From a virus (taxonomy: Duplodnaviria; Heunggongvirae; Uroviricota; Caudoviricetes): a stretch of DNA of 37,064 nucleotides. Shown here in pieces: positions 28,683 to 37,064 of this stretch; position 1 is the stretch's first letter, and every line of letters begins with the position of its first letter. Where the stretch lies: IMG/VR virus record IMGVR_UViG_2778261631_000004; one strand, 5' to 3'. Both the position numbers and the translations under genes were made by a program. Below the pieces are notes generated by a model. The model ran no database searches and had not been told where the DNA came from. It saw only the letters and a program-made list of their open reading frames with translations.

Positions 28683-28916
28683 TTAATGCAGCCAGCTGTC
28701 GTCTTCCCACACCTTCTGCAAAATTTTCATCACTTGTTTTCTTTCTTCGTCCAGTTGCAGTCCGGTCAGTTCCACACCGTTAGAGCTACCTTTACGGATA
28801 CGGATTACCGTTTTGGGATACAGGGGGCGCAGATTGCGGTAAAGCTCGGATTCAAGGGCGTCCAGGGTAGACTGGCTAATCTTCTGCTCTTTATCGATCA
28901 TTATTTCAATGCGCAT
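28683..28916 (-). CDS. DinI-family protein
   Basis: MRIEIMIDKEQ...LDALESEL...ILQKVWEDDSW closely parallels E. coli DinI; own GAGGTGA Shine-Dalgarno; ORF-track start is upstream of the likely Met. Confidence 0.8.
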   Translation of the reverse strand: MRIEIMIDKEQKISQSTLDALESELYRNLRPLYPKTVIRIRKGSSNGVELTGLQLDEERKQVMKILQKVWEDDSWLH

Positions 28917-28926
28917 AAAAGTCACC

Positions 28927-29114
28927 TCAACTGATGACATCCATTGAGCGGTTGTATTCGTGGGTTCTGATTTTTGCCATGAGTTCATCAGTCAATTCAG
29001 AAACCCACTGCAGAGCCAGCCCCTTCTCTTCATCACTACACTCACTAGCCGCTACAAGCTTAAGAAAAAAATCAATGCGCTGGAGCTTCAAAGACTCCAA
29101 AAAATAGTCCTGCA
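28927..29114 (-). CDS. Small protein (62 aa) co-transcribed with the DinI-like gene; possible Tum-like antirepressor component
   Basis: ATG preceded by GGAGGAAAG; the ORF-track N-terminal extension would overlap the LexA box, so the shorter start is preferred. Confidence 0.5.
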
Positions 29115-29157
29115 TCTTTCCTCCTATGACACCACAAGCAATACTGTATGCATAAAC

Positions 29158-29173
29158 ACTGTTTATATTTACA
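29158..29173. promoter_or_regulatory. LexA box (SOS operator)
   Basis: CTGTTTATATTTACAG, perfect CTGT-N8-ACAG, overlapping a TATAAT-like element; a second near-consensus box CTGTATGCATAAACAC lies immediately adjacent (29142..29157). Confidence 0.7.
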
Positions 29174-29268
29174 GTATATAATAATCTTACTGATGTAAAA
29201 CGTTTTTTTACGTTCATCAGCCTGATATGCCTGGTATTATTAAGAGCACGAATTGTTAACCCGCGTAA

Positions 29269-31710
29269 TTAATACAGGTTCCGCCACTTATCATCTTCCT
29301 GCAAACGCTGGTTCCGATAGAAGATACGCAGGCCTGCTCCTGACGGAATACTGCCACCGCGAAGGAGCAAATCGACCTCTTTCTCGCTGCCATCAAATCC
29401 TCTGGACTTCAGTTCATAGACGAGCTGCTGACGCTGATGCTCTGTAATTCGCTGTTTGTAGTCTTTACGCCGTTTCGGTTTAACCAGGCGTAATCTTGCT
29501 GCCAGTTCCCGGCGCTCTTTTTTGCTCATATTGTGCAGGTAATCGTGCAATTCCTTGTCATCCATGCAGGTAATATCAGTTCTGGTATCCCCATCTGCTG
29601 ATTTATCTTTCTCCTGTTGGTTCAAATTTTCAGCAAGGGGACAGTTATTGCCACGAGTCCAAGGGGCGCAAGCGCCCTGGTCGGCTGCCGCCTCCTGAAT
29701 GTCAACGGCCTTACGAACCATTTTCCACTTCACCGCATGAGTGCAGATCTTGCCCTCTGCAATGGGTGACCAGATGCCATAAATACGAATACCGTGATCG
29801 CCATAGGCGGTCGGCTCTTCGTTGATTTCATAAGCGGTTCTGATGAGGTGATATTTGCGGGGAACCAGTACGCCGCCCTGCTTCATGATGTAGGTGGCAA
29901 AACAGCCAGCATCAGCGGCAGCCAGGATGGCATCAAGGCGCGGGTTATCCAGTACCGGCGCACCTGCTTTTTTGTCCCCCTGTTGCCTTGCCGCCTGACC
30001 AGCCAGCAATCGCAGTTCACGGTAAGCCTGACGCCCCGGAATGCCAAAGAAGCGGAATTGCTGAACACGATGCAGAGACGCCCAGGCATTAACGTATTCG
30101 GCGTTATCACGCAGGGATTTACCCGTTTCCTTGCTGATCTCGCCAGCCAGACCACGCCCGTCAATGTTCTTACTGATGTATTTCGCGATGTAGCTTGTTG
30201 GCGTACCTTTGCGCGGGTTTATCAGCTCAGACTTAAAGCGTGGTTCCGTGTTATTACCCAGCTCCTCGCGGTCTTCACGAATGGCAAACTTACGCAACAA
30301 AGCAGTAATGGCGCGGCGATCTTTTTTGCGCATAAAACACAACAGGTGCCAGTGAACTGTACCGTCATGATGCGGCTCAGCCACCCGCACGCCATACCAG
30401 CGTAATCCGGCTTTGTGCATCGCCTTACGAAATGCAGCAAACATACCGACCAGATAATCACTGCTTTGTCTTACCGTCGCATTTGTCCAGGTCGGGTTGG
30501 GCCTGCCGTTATTTAGCGTGGAATGGAAACGTGACGGACAGGTGATGGTGTAGAAAACGGCGCAGTCACCACGCATTTCCGCGATAAGCTCCAGACCTTT
30601 AACACAGGCCATCATCTCATTGCGGCGATGCGCAGGGTTGCTGCTGCTGGCGTTTACCACGTCTTCCATATCCAGCGTGTCGCCGTCTTCGTTCACCAGT
30701 TCATGAGAACGGAAAAACTCCAGCGACTTACGGCGCTGCTCACGTTTATGCATCACGGCTTCATAGCTGACATAGGGAGATGCTTTTTTGCTGACCAGGC
30801 AAACAGCACGCAACTGCTCTTCCCGCCATTCGCAACGCATCTTCCATAATTTCCGATACCACCAGTCGGCGCATAACATACGCGCCAGCGAACCCGGAAT
30901 GAGTTCATAAGGCACGGGTTTACGGCGGTTTCTTTTCCGACGGAGTTGCTCAAACGCAGGCGGGATAACATCCAGACGCAGGGTTTCCGCTGCCACCTTT
31001 TCCCATGTCTTGCGGATTTCTTCTGGCGTAACATCATCGGTGGCATACAAATCGCCACAAGCTGTATCAAGGCACATGCTCATATGCGCAGCTACCAAGG
31101 TGGACAGGCGTTTCACCTGATCCTGACTCATTTCAGGCAGGATCAGCAGGCCGTCCAGCCCTTCATGGCTTGCCATAAAGCGAAAAGAAGTGGATAGCTG
31201 ACTGTCGCGTACATGCTCCAGTCGTTCCAAGCATGGCTTAATCGTCTCACGCAAATAGCGGGAATAAGCCTTTGGCCTGCCCAGGCTGCTGAAGTATTTA
31301 ATACGTTGCATCAGCGGCTTGCTGATATGGGAAGGCTGGGCGTTGACGTCCGCCAGAATGGCCATGTCTGGATTAAAACGCTGCTGCTCATGCGCCAGCT
31401 TTGCCCGGCTAATTAGCTTATCCTGCTCCATTTCGCGTTGGACAGGATCACGGGATTCATTAAAGAAATAACGCTCCCAGACCTGATCACTCAGTGCCTC
31501 GCGGCGCAGTTGTTCCTGCTCGTTATCGGCAGCGTACAGAGTGATCAGGTTTGAAAGCGCAGAAACCGGCGCAACTTCCGCCGGGTCCAGATAAGGGTTA
31601 ATGGCCTTTTTCGGGCTGTTCCATGAGAATGCTGCGGCGACCTCGTTAAAGCCGCTGCAGTTGTTCATATCAGCATGGCTCATGCACGCACTCCGTACAC
31701 GACGGAACAA
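29269..31710 (-). CDS. A: Replication initiation protein A (rolling-circle nickase)
   Basis: About 800-aa ORF in the early operon position of P2/186 gene A; true start may be an internal Met a few codons in. Confidence 0.85.
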   Translation of the reverse strand: MFRRVRSACMSHADMNNCSGFNEVAAAFSWNSPKKAINPYLDPAEVAPVSALSNLITLYAADNEQEQLRREALSDQVWERYFFNESRDPVQREMEQDKLISRAKLAHEQQRFNPDMAILADVNAQPSHISKPLMQRIKYFSSLGRPKAYSRYLRETIKPCLERLEHVRDSQLSTSFRFMASHEGLDGLLILPEMSQDQVKRLSTLVAAHMSMCLDTACGDLYATDDVTPEEIRKTWEKVAAETLRLDVIPPAFEQLRRKRNRRKPVPYELIPGSLARMLCADWWYRKLWKMRCEWREEQLRAVCLVSKKASPYVSYEAVMHKREQRRKSLEFFRSHELVNEDGDTLDMEDVVNASSSNPAHRRNEMMACVKGLELIAEMRGDCAVFYTITCPSRFHSTLNNGRPNPTWTNATVRQSSDYLVGMFAAFRKAMHKAGLRWYGVRVAEPHHDGTVHWHLLCFMRKKDRRAITALLRKFAIREDREELGNNTEPRFKSELINPRKGTPTSYIAKYISKNIDGRGLAGEISKETGKSLRDNAEYVNAWASLHRVQQFRFFGIPGRQAYRELRLLAGQAARQQGDKKAGAPVLDNPRLDAILAAADAGCFATYIMKQGGVLVPRKYHLIRTAYEINEEPTAYGDHGIRIYGIWSPIAEGKICTHAVKWKMVRKAVDIQEAAADQGACAPWTRGNNCPLAENLNQQEKDKSADGDTRTDITCMDDKELHDYLHNMSKKERRELAARLRLVKPKRRKDYKQRITEHQRQQLVYELKSRGFDGSEKEVDLLLRGGSIPSGAGLRIFYRNQRLQEDDKWRNLY

Positions 31711-32537
31711 TCCACGCCACGCGAAGGATCAAATCCTACCCAGCAGCGCGGCCCGGAAACAGCGATGATTTCTGTTGCAGATTTACTCTCACCAGCTGCC
31801 ACGCCGATGCTGCGTTTTGCCTTGATGTAGTGGTGAGTAAAATTGCGATACAGCGAACGGATCAGGGATGTGTCACTGTTAGAAACAATGACCGGATGAC
31901 CTTCAGATGATCGATGTTCAAGAACGGATGCCAGGTGATACTGGTCATCTTCAGTGAAGCCATCAGTGTGATAGCCGGAAAACGTACCGTCATAAGGCGG
32001 ATCGCAATACACCACATCCCCCGCCTTCAACATCGCCAGCGTTTCATCAAAGCTGGCGCAGATAAACGTTGCCCGCTGGGCTTTCTCTGCAAATGCGCGA
32101 ATTTCTTTTTCAGGGAAATACGGATTTTTATAATTACCGTAGGGAATGTTGAAATACCCGCTCTTGTTATAGCGACATAGCCCACGGTAACCATGACGAT
32201 TGAGATACAGAAAATATACCGCTTTCATGAAATCAGTAATTTCAGTGGAGTAATTAAACTCCTGCCTTATGTTGTAATAAGCCACCTCTCTGTTTGCTTC
32301 CTCAAATAAAGCTCTGGCACGAGATATAAACGTCTCACAATCAGCAGCAACCTTTTTATAGAGGTTGATTAAATCAGGATTAATATCCGCAACCAGATAG
32401 CTGGGGTAATCCGTCTCCATCATCACAGCACAAGAACCCGCGAAAGGTTCAACCAGTCGCGTGCCAGCAGGAAGGTATTTTTTCAGTTCGGACATAATGG
32501 TGGTTTTATTACCCGCCCATTTCAGGATGGTGCTCAT
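31680..32537 (-). CDS. Dam-family DNA adenine methyltransferase (predicted GATC specificity)
   Basis: [31 protein letters not shown] and CDPPY motifs, colinear with E. coli Dam; start placed at internal Met ([11 protein letters not shown]); 3' end overlaps the start of A. Confidence 0.9.
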   Translation of the reverse strand: MSTILKWAGNKTTIMSELKKYLPAGTRLVEPFAGSCAVMMETDYPSYLVADINPDLINLYKKVAADCETFISRARALFEEANREVAYYNIRQEFNYSTEITDFMKAVYFLYLNRHGYRGLCRYNKSGYFNIPYGNYKNPYFPEKEIRAFAEKAQRATFICASFDETLAMLKAGDVVYCDPPYDGTFSGYHTDGFTEDDQYHLASVLEHRSSEGHPVIVSNSDTSLIRSLYRNFTHHYIKAKRSIGVAAGESKSATEIIAVSGPRCWVGFDPSRGVDCSVVYGVRA

Positions 32538-32836
32538 ACAGCACCTCCTGCAATAACATATCCTAAAGCTTCTAATGGGGTTAATGAGCGAATTGATAGC
32601 ATCACCCATTGTTCTGAAACTGCCATGACGTCATTAACCGGAAGCACATGAGAGATAACCGCGGCCCATTCCCTACCCGTAAATACGCCATGCTTCCATT
32701 CGCAAAGAGAAAGAACATCACCAACTTTATAGCCACGATCGTCTTTACGAAGTTCAGCCGTCTTTTGACCTGCAACCACAGCGTTGAAATACTTAGGTGC
32801 AATTTTTAATTGATGGATACGCACAGCCCCTGTCAT
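32534..32836 (-). CDS. ASCH/DUF3850-like small protein
   Basis: About 100-aa ORF ([34 protein letters not shown]...) typical of phage early regions; ORF track start is a non-ATG codon upstream. Confidence 0.55.
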   Translation of the reverse strand: MTGAVRIHQLKIAPKYFNAVVAGQKTAELRKDDRGYKVGDVLSLCEWKHGVFTGREWAAVISHVLPVNDVMAVSEQWVMLSIRSLTPLEALGYVIAGGAV

Positions 32837-33060
32837 ACAGCACCTCCGTTGTAATGTTTGCCTTTCAGCTCTGCGATTTCCTGACAGGTAATGCAAAGCT
32901 GCACTCCTGGAATGGCGCGGCGGCGTGCTGGCGGAATTGGCGCTTCACATTCAATGCAAAGCACGCGAGACACGCCCGGTGTTTTGGCACGGGCAGCACG
33001 GATATGGCGCTGGCGTTCTTCTTCAACGCGCTGCTGTACGAGATCCATTGCATCAGCCAT
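32833..33060 (-). CDS. TraR/DksA-family C4 zinc-finger protein
   Basis: C-x2-C-x17-C-x2-C pattern (CIECEAP...CITCQ) in a 75-aa ORF. Confidence 0.75.
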   Translation of the reverse strand: MADAMDLVQQRVEEERQRHIRAARAKTPGVSRVLCIECEAPIPPARRRAIPGVQLCITCQEIAELKGKHYNGGAV

Positions 33061-33299
33061 TAGTGGATCTCCTGCGCTTCGTTCTGGATTGCTTCAGCGG
33101 TCACACGCAGCAGTTCTGCCGCTTCGACGTGGTTTAGCTGGCGGGATGTGATATGACACGCAAGACTATCAAGGCGGGCAGCCATTGCTTCAGCCCTTGC
33201 CCGGCGTTCTTCCAGACGAGCCTCTGTCAGTAAAATATTAAGCCCTGCGTCATCCGGTCCGGTTTTAGTCGTGAGGGTTTCAATATTACGCATAATCAA
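33060..33299 (-). CDS. Hypothetical small early protein
   Basis: 79-aa ORF, start/stop overlap with downstream gene. Confidence 0.45.
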   Translation of the reverse strand: MIMRNIETLTTKTGPDDAGLNILLTEARLEERRARAEAMAARLDSLACHITSRQLNHVEAAELLRVTAEAIQNEAQEIH

Positions 33300-33360
33300 T
33301 TCTCCTGAATTTAGATAAAGGGATGCCCGGCGGGTTTACGCCATTAATTTCATTAGCTGG

Positions 33361-33702
33361 TTAATTCGGCATGGTTAGCCGTCTGGGAAATAAGCTCACC
33401 ACTGCACGAAAATGATTCATTGCTTTAATCAACTCCCGCTTTTCGTCAGTGGTCAGCTCATTAATGCTGATGCTATGACGTTCAGCTGGAATTTTTGCCA
33501 TAAAGAATATGGCAGCCAGTGCCCGTTTATTTTGTTCGCTATTGATATCCCGTGGATCACGCATATCTTTAATAAACCGCTCAAGCTCTGACTCAATATT
33601 CAGGCCAAAAACTTTCGCCCTTAACTCCGCAATGTGATTAAGTCCATTCAGGCGTTCACCGGGGCTTAATGGAACAGTCGCCGCAGCGCCATTAATTGCC
33701 AT
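33361..33702 (-). CDS. Hypothetical early protein
   Basis: 113-aa ORF in the early operon. Confidence 0.5.
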   Translation of the reverse strand: MAINGAAATVPLSPGERLNGLNHIAELRAKVFGLNIESELERFIKDMRDPRDINSEQNKRALAAIFFMAKIPAERHSISINELTTDEKRELIKAMNHFRAVVSLFPRRLTMPN

Positions 33703-33724
33703 AATTCATATCCCCAAAACGCAA

Positions 33725-33949
33725 CTATCGTTCTTTGTTCTTACGGTAACGTTCAAGAGGAGATACATTTTTTCGTATCGTCTCTTTAACCTGCTCTCCC
33801 CGTAAAAACGTCCCATCCTTTAGCGTGAAAAAGTAACTGCCATCGCCCGACAACGACGGATAACAACAGAGCAAATCATCTTCAGGTACTGAATAACTCT
33901 CCCCTCTGTAACGAAACTGATAAACCACTTCACTTTCCGCTGCATACAT
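33725..33949 (-). CDS. Hypothetical small early protein
   Basis: 74-aa ORF; overlaps a 108-aa ORF in another frame, only one of which can be coding in the overlap. Confidence 0.4.
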   Translation of the reverse strand: MYAAESEVVYQFRYRGESYSVPEDDLLCCYPSLSGDGSYFFTLKDGTFLRGEQVKETIRKNVSPLERYRKNKER

Positions 33950-34123
33950 TTTGACTTTCTCCGTTTCCCCGTGGTCAATTCAGACAGCAATTCATCTTGT
34001 GAACGGCACGGATGCCAGCGTTTACCATCCTCACCCATGATCCAGCCGTGACCGTAGTGCATTGCCGGGCTTTGTTTTACCAGCAGCGATGCAAATGATG
34101 GTTCTTTCGTCAGCATAAGCACC

Positions 34124-34642
34124 TCACAGCAAACCGAATGAAGCACCGAGGCCAGTCACGGTATCAACTGCACTCGCCATCGCAGGATTAGCCTGTAAAC
34201 GGGCCTGCAATGAAACAGCCGCCAGCGCCATCAGTCGTGTTACAGAGTTAATGCTGCTGATAGCATCACGACGACCTGCACTGGTTTTTACATCGCCAGA
34301 TACCGCACCTGCAGCAACACGCCCGATCTCTGCGGTTGCACTCATGACGTAATGTGGCAGTTTCTCTTTTGCTACCTCATTAATCGGTACACATGGCAGA
34401 CAATGAATCTGTGCCAGAAAACCATCTACCAACGTTGAATCTTCAGTCAGATCGGTAAGCAGCCAGATTTCTGGTGCGGTTAATAAATGAGGTTGAGCTG
34501 GGTTCAGCTTGTTCCGCAGAATCTGCACATTCATGCCCGCACGTTCTGCCAGTTGCACCAGATTGTGGCGCAGTGCGAATGCACGACAGGCTTCATCAAA
34601 ATGTGGATGTTTGGAAACTTGGTAATCAAACATGGTTTTCAA
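34124..34642 (-). CDS. cII: CII-type regulatory protein (186 CII-like)
   Basis: 172-aa ORF ([27 protein letters not shown] ... [23 protein letters not shown]) immediately after the Apl/Cox-like gene. Confidence 0.7.
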   Translation of the reverse strand: MKTMFDYQVSKHPHFDEACRAFALRHNLVQLAERAGMNVQILRNKLNPAQPHLLTAPEIWLLTDLTEDSTLVDGFLAQIHCLPCVPINEVAKEKLPHYVMSATAEIGRVAAGAVSGDVKTSAGRRDAISSINSVTRLMALAAVSLQARLQANPAMASAVDTVTGLGASFGLL

Positions 34643-34697
34643 CTCCGAACTTATCGCAAAATCGAACTCAGCGTCTTATTGCGAAAATAGACGTCTA

Positions 34698-34901
34698 TTA
34701 AGCAGACAAAGCATCAACAGTCAGAGCAGCCAGGTTAATCATTACCTTTTCACGTTTTTTGTCTTTACGAAGACGATGACGAGGTAGTCGGCCATCAGCC
34801 AACATGTCGTTAATCGTATCAATAGAAAGGCCAGTCAGTTCGCTATAACGTTCGATTGTGACATGTGGTGTATTCAGAGTAATTGAAATGTTAGGTGTCA
34901 T
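34698..34901 (-). CDS. Apl/Cox-like small DNA-binding protein (excision/immunity control)
   Basis: 67-aa basic ORF with HTH-like segment, first gene of the lytic operon, divergent from cI. Confidence 0.5.
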   Translation of the reverse strand: MTPNISITLNTPHVTIERYSELTGLSIDTINDMLADGRLPRHRLRKDKKREKVMINLAALTVDALSA

Positions 34902-34959
34902 AAGGCAACATTCCTTCTAGATATGGCTTGTGGCGAGCCGTTGTTTGTCGTGATTAGTA

Positions 34960-35616
34960 GTGAAGGCTCCAAAAGAACACTTCTGGTTCAACTTTAAGAT
35001 CGCTTTTGGAATCTGTCAACGAATTTTGGATTTCTTTGGAGGACTTGTGGATTTCAATAGCGGCGGTAAGAAAGCCATAGAACGTTTAGTTGAAGCATAT
35101 GGGTTCGGTACTCGTCAGGCTCTCTGTGATCATTTAGGTGTTTCTAAGAGCACCATGGCAACGCGCTATATGCGTGATATTTTTCCAGCAGATTGGGTAA
35201 TCCAGTGCGCCCTTGAAACGGGCACCTCGCTTAATTGGCTAACAACAGGGCATGGTTCAAAGCAAGCATCAGCAAATACAAATACTATAGAAGTAGAAAA
35301 ATATTTATTGTCTGATGGAGCATTGCAGAAAGACGGTTTTTATATTTTTGATAAGGGATTTCTACCCTCTACGTTTAAAAAACCTTTTGTCATCACAGAT
35401 AACAATTCTGAATTTATTTGTGATAAAGAATTTGATGATATACGTGATGGTAAATGGGTAATAAGTATTGATGGCGAAATAACGATCCGTGACATTACTC
35501 GTTTACCCGGTGGAAGAATCTTCGTCGAGGGTGGAAACAGAGCCTTCGAATGCAAGATAGAAGACATTGAAATAATTGGTAAAATTATAAGTTTGACAGT
35601 CAAGTATGTTAAATAG
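34960..35616 (+). CDS. cI: CI-type immunity repressor (186 CI-like)
   Basis: N-terminal domain EAYGF...CALETG.SLNWL.TG as in 186 CI. ORF track starts at GTG 34960; a GTG at about 35047 preceded by GGAGGA is an alternative start giving a 189-aa product. Confidence 0.75.
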   Translation: MKAPKEHFWFNFKIAFGICQRILDFFGGLVDFNSGGKKAIERLVEAYGFGTRQALCDHLGVSKSTMATRYMRDIFPADWVIQCALETGTSLNWLTTGHGSKQASANTNTIEVEKYLLSDGALQKDGFYIFDKGFLPSTFKKPFVITDNNSEFICDKEFDDIRDGKWVISIDGEITIRDITRLPGGRIFVEGGNRAFECKIEDIEIIGKIISLTVKYVK

Positions 35617-35631
35617 TACCGGGAGGAAACT

Positions 35632-35823
35632 ATGCTTGGTAAGGTATTTTTTGTGGTTTTGTCATGTTCTTTGTTATTAAACCCACTAACTACCTATGCT
35701 AGAAATTATCCCTGCTCAGGGAAAAAGGGAGGTGTTTCTCACTGTACCTCAGATGGCAAATTCGTTTGCAATGATGGAACTATTAGTAAATCCAAAAAAA
35801 TCTGTACTAAAAACTCACGATAA
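35632..35823 (+). CDS. Small secreted cysteine-rich protein (63 aa) of unknown function
   Basis: N-terminal signal-peptide-like segment then 4 to 5 Cys in a Lys/Gly-rich about 40-aa mature part; A+T-rich; between cI and int. Confidence 0.45.
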   Translation: MLGKVFFVVLSCSLLLNPLTTYARNYPCSGKKGGVSHCTSDGKFVCNDGTISKSKKICTKNSR

Positions 35824-36011
35824 CTTTTGTTTTTATATCTGCGTCTAAAATAAAAATGAGCCGCAGGTTAACCGCAAAAGTTACATGCTCACATAGCAAA
35901 AAGAATAGCCAACTTCATTATGGCTTCAGTGAGATGTATGGTCGTAGGATTTCATACATTGACACTGGTTATACATACAGTAAAAATGCTCTCTACTGGA
36001 GGGCATTTTTT

Positions 36012-37064
36012 ATGGCAGTACGAAAACTCACCACAGGGAAATGGCTTTGCGAATGTTACCCCGCCGGACGAAGTGGGCGTCGTGTGCGTAAACAATTCGC
36101 CACCAAAGGCGAAGCTCTGGCTTTTGAGCGCCACACGATGGAAGAAACCGAATCAAAGCCCTGGCTGGGCGAATCAGTGGATCGTCGAACCCTGAAAGAC
36201 GTGGTTGAGCTATGGTTCAAACTACATGGTAAATCTCTGACTGCTGGACAGCATGTCTATGACAAATTGCTGCTGATGGTTGACGCTCTAGGCAATCCTC
36301 TTGCAACCGATCTCACCTCTAAAATGTTTGCCCACTATCGAGATAAACGCCTGACAGGCGAGATCTACTTCAGCGAGAAATGGAAGAAAGGAGCAAGCCC
36401 GGTCACCATTAACCTGGAGCAAAGCTATCTAAGTAGTGTTTTTAGCGAACTATCCCGTCTGGGCGAATGGTCGTATCCGAACCCACTGGAGAACATGCGA
36501 AAATTCACCATCGCAGAAAAAGAGATGGCATGGCTTACCCATGAGCAGATTGTTGAATTGCTGGCTGATTGCAAACGTCAGGACCCAATTCTGGCACTGG
36601 TAGTTAAGATATGCTTAAGCACAGGCGCACGCTGGCGTGAAGCCGTAAATCTTACCCGCTCACAGGTGACCAAATACCGAATTACCTTTGTCAGAACGAA
36701 GGGGAAGAAAAACAGAAGCATCCCTATCAGTAAAGAGCTTTACGAAGAGATCATGGCGCTTGATGGGTTCAATTTCTTCACAGACTGCTATTTTCAATTT
36801 TTATCCGTGATGGAAAAAACGTCTATCGTGCTCCCTCGCGGTCAACTCACACACGTTCTGCGCCATACGTTTGCGGCGCACTTCATGATGTCGGGTGGAA
36901 ACATTCTGGCCTTACAAAAAATTCTCGGACACCACGATATAAAAATGACTATGCGTTACGCACATCTGGCACCGGATCATCTGGAAACGGCGCTCCGTTT
37001 CAATCCTCTGGCAACGCTGCCAAGTGGCGACAAAGTGGCGGCAGCGGTTGGCATTACCCCGTAA
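36012..37064 (+). CDS. int: Tyrosine integrase (P2/186 family)
   Basis: Start placed at MAVRKLTTGKW; C-terminal catalytic region HVLRHTFA ... LGHHDIKMTMRYAHL; ends exactly at the window edge. Confidence 0.9.
   Translation: MAVRKLTTGKWLCECYPAGRSGRRVRKQFATKGEALAFERHTMEETESKPWLGESVDRRTLKDVVELWFKLHGKSLTAGQHVYDKLLLMVDALGNPLATDLTSKMFAHYRDKRLTGEIYFSEKWKKGASPVTINLEQSYLSSVFSELSRLGEWSYPNPLENMRKFTIAEKEMAWLTHEQIVELLADCKRQDPILALVVKICLSTGARWREAVNLTRSQVTKYRITFVRTKGKKNRSIPISKELYEEIMALDGFNFFTDCYFQFLSVMEKTSIVLPRGQLTHVLRHTFAAHFMMSGGNILALQKILGHHDIKMTMRYAHLAPDHLETALRFNPLATLPSGDKVAAAVGITP

Noticed and set aside
33820-34146. 108-aa minus-strand ORF downstream of cII
   Set aside because: Its C-terminal half overlaps the 74-aa ORF in another frame and reads as low-quality sequence; at most the first about 55 codons may be a real small gene.
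35856-36011. 52-codon N-terminal extension of the integrase ORF
   Set aside because: P2/186-family integrases begin near MAVRKLTTGKW; the extension is probably untranslated leader.
1-37064. CRISPR arrays, tRNA, rRNA or insertion sequences
   Set aside because: No regularly spaced direct repeats, no tRNA-like cloverleaf regions and no transposase-like ORFs were seen by eye; absence is not proven without a dedicated scan.

Overview
The window holds about 2.6 kb of enterobacterial chromosome (grxA, ybjM, ybjL; E. coli-like) followed by a near-complete P2/186-family myovirus prophage that runs from about 2.8 kb to the window end, where it is cut at the integrase stop codon (attL is not visible). 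All calls are from reading the ORF translations and the sequence by eye; no database search was run. In window order the prophage carries: ogr/B late activator, tail genes D-U-T-E/E'-FII-FI, a Gin/Hin-type invertase with an invertible tail-fibre segment, H-I-J-W-V-S-R, a lysis cassette (LysC/LysB/LysA, SAR-type endolysin, holin), X-L-M-N-O, divergent P-Q (terminase, portal), an accessory region around a cos-like site, a LexA-controlled tum/DinI-like module, replication gene A, a Dam-family methyltransferase, small early genes, and a 186-type immunity region (CII, Apl/Cox-like, CI, integrase). The most interesting feature is an A+T-rich three-gene operon (24760..27600, minus strand) inserted between portal gene Q and the cos-like site. 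Its three products (354, 354 and 231 aa) carry no motif I can recognise and are tightly translationally coupled. It sits at a known P2-family cargo hotspot, so I propose it as a candidate undescribed anti-phage defence or abortive-infection system. Other accessory candidates are a lipoprotein gene next to cos and a small cysteine-rich secreted peptide between cI and int.
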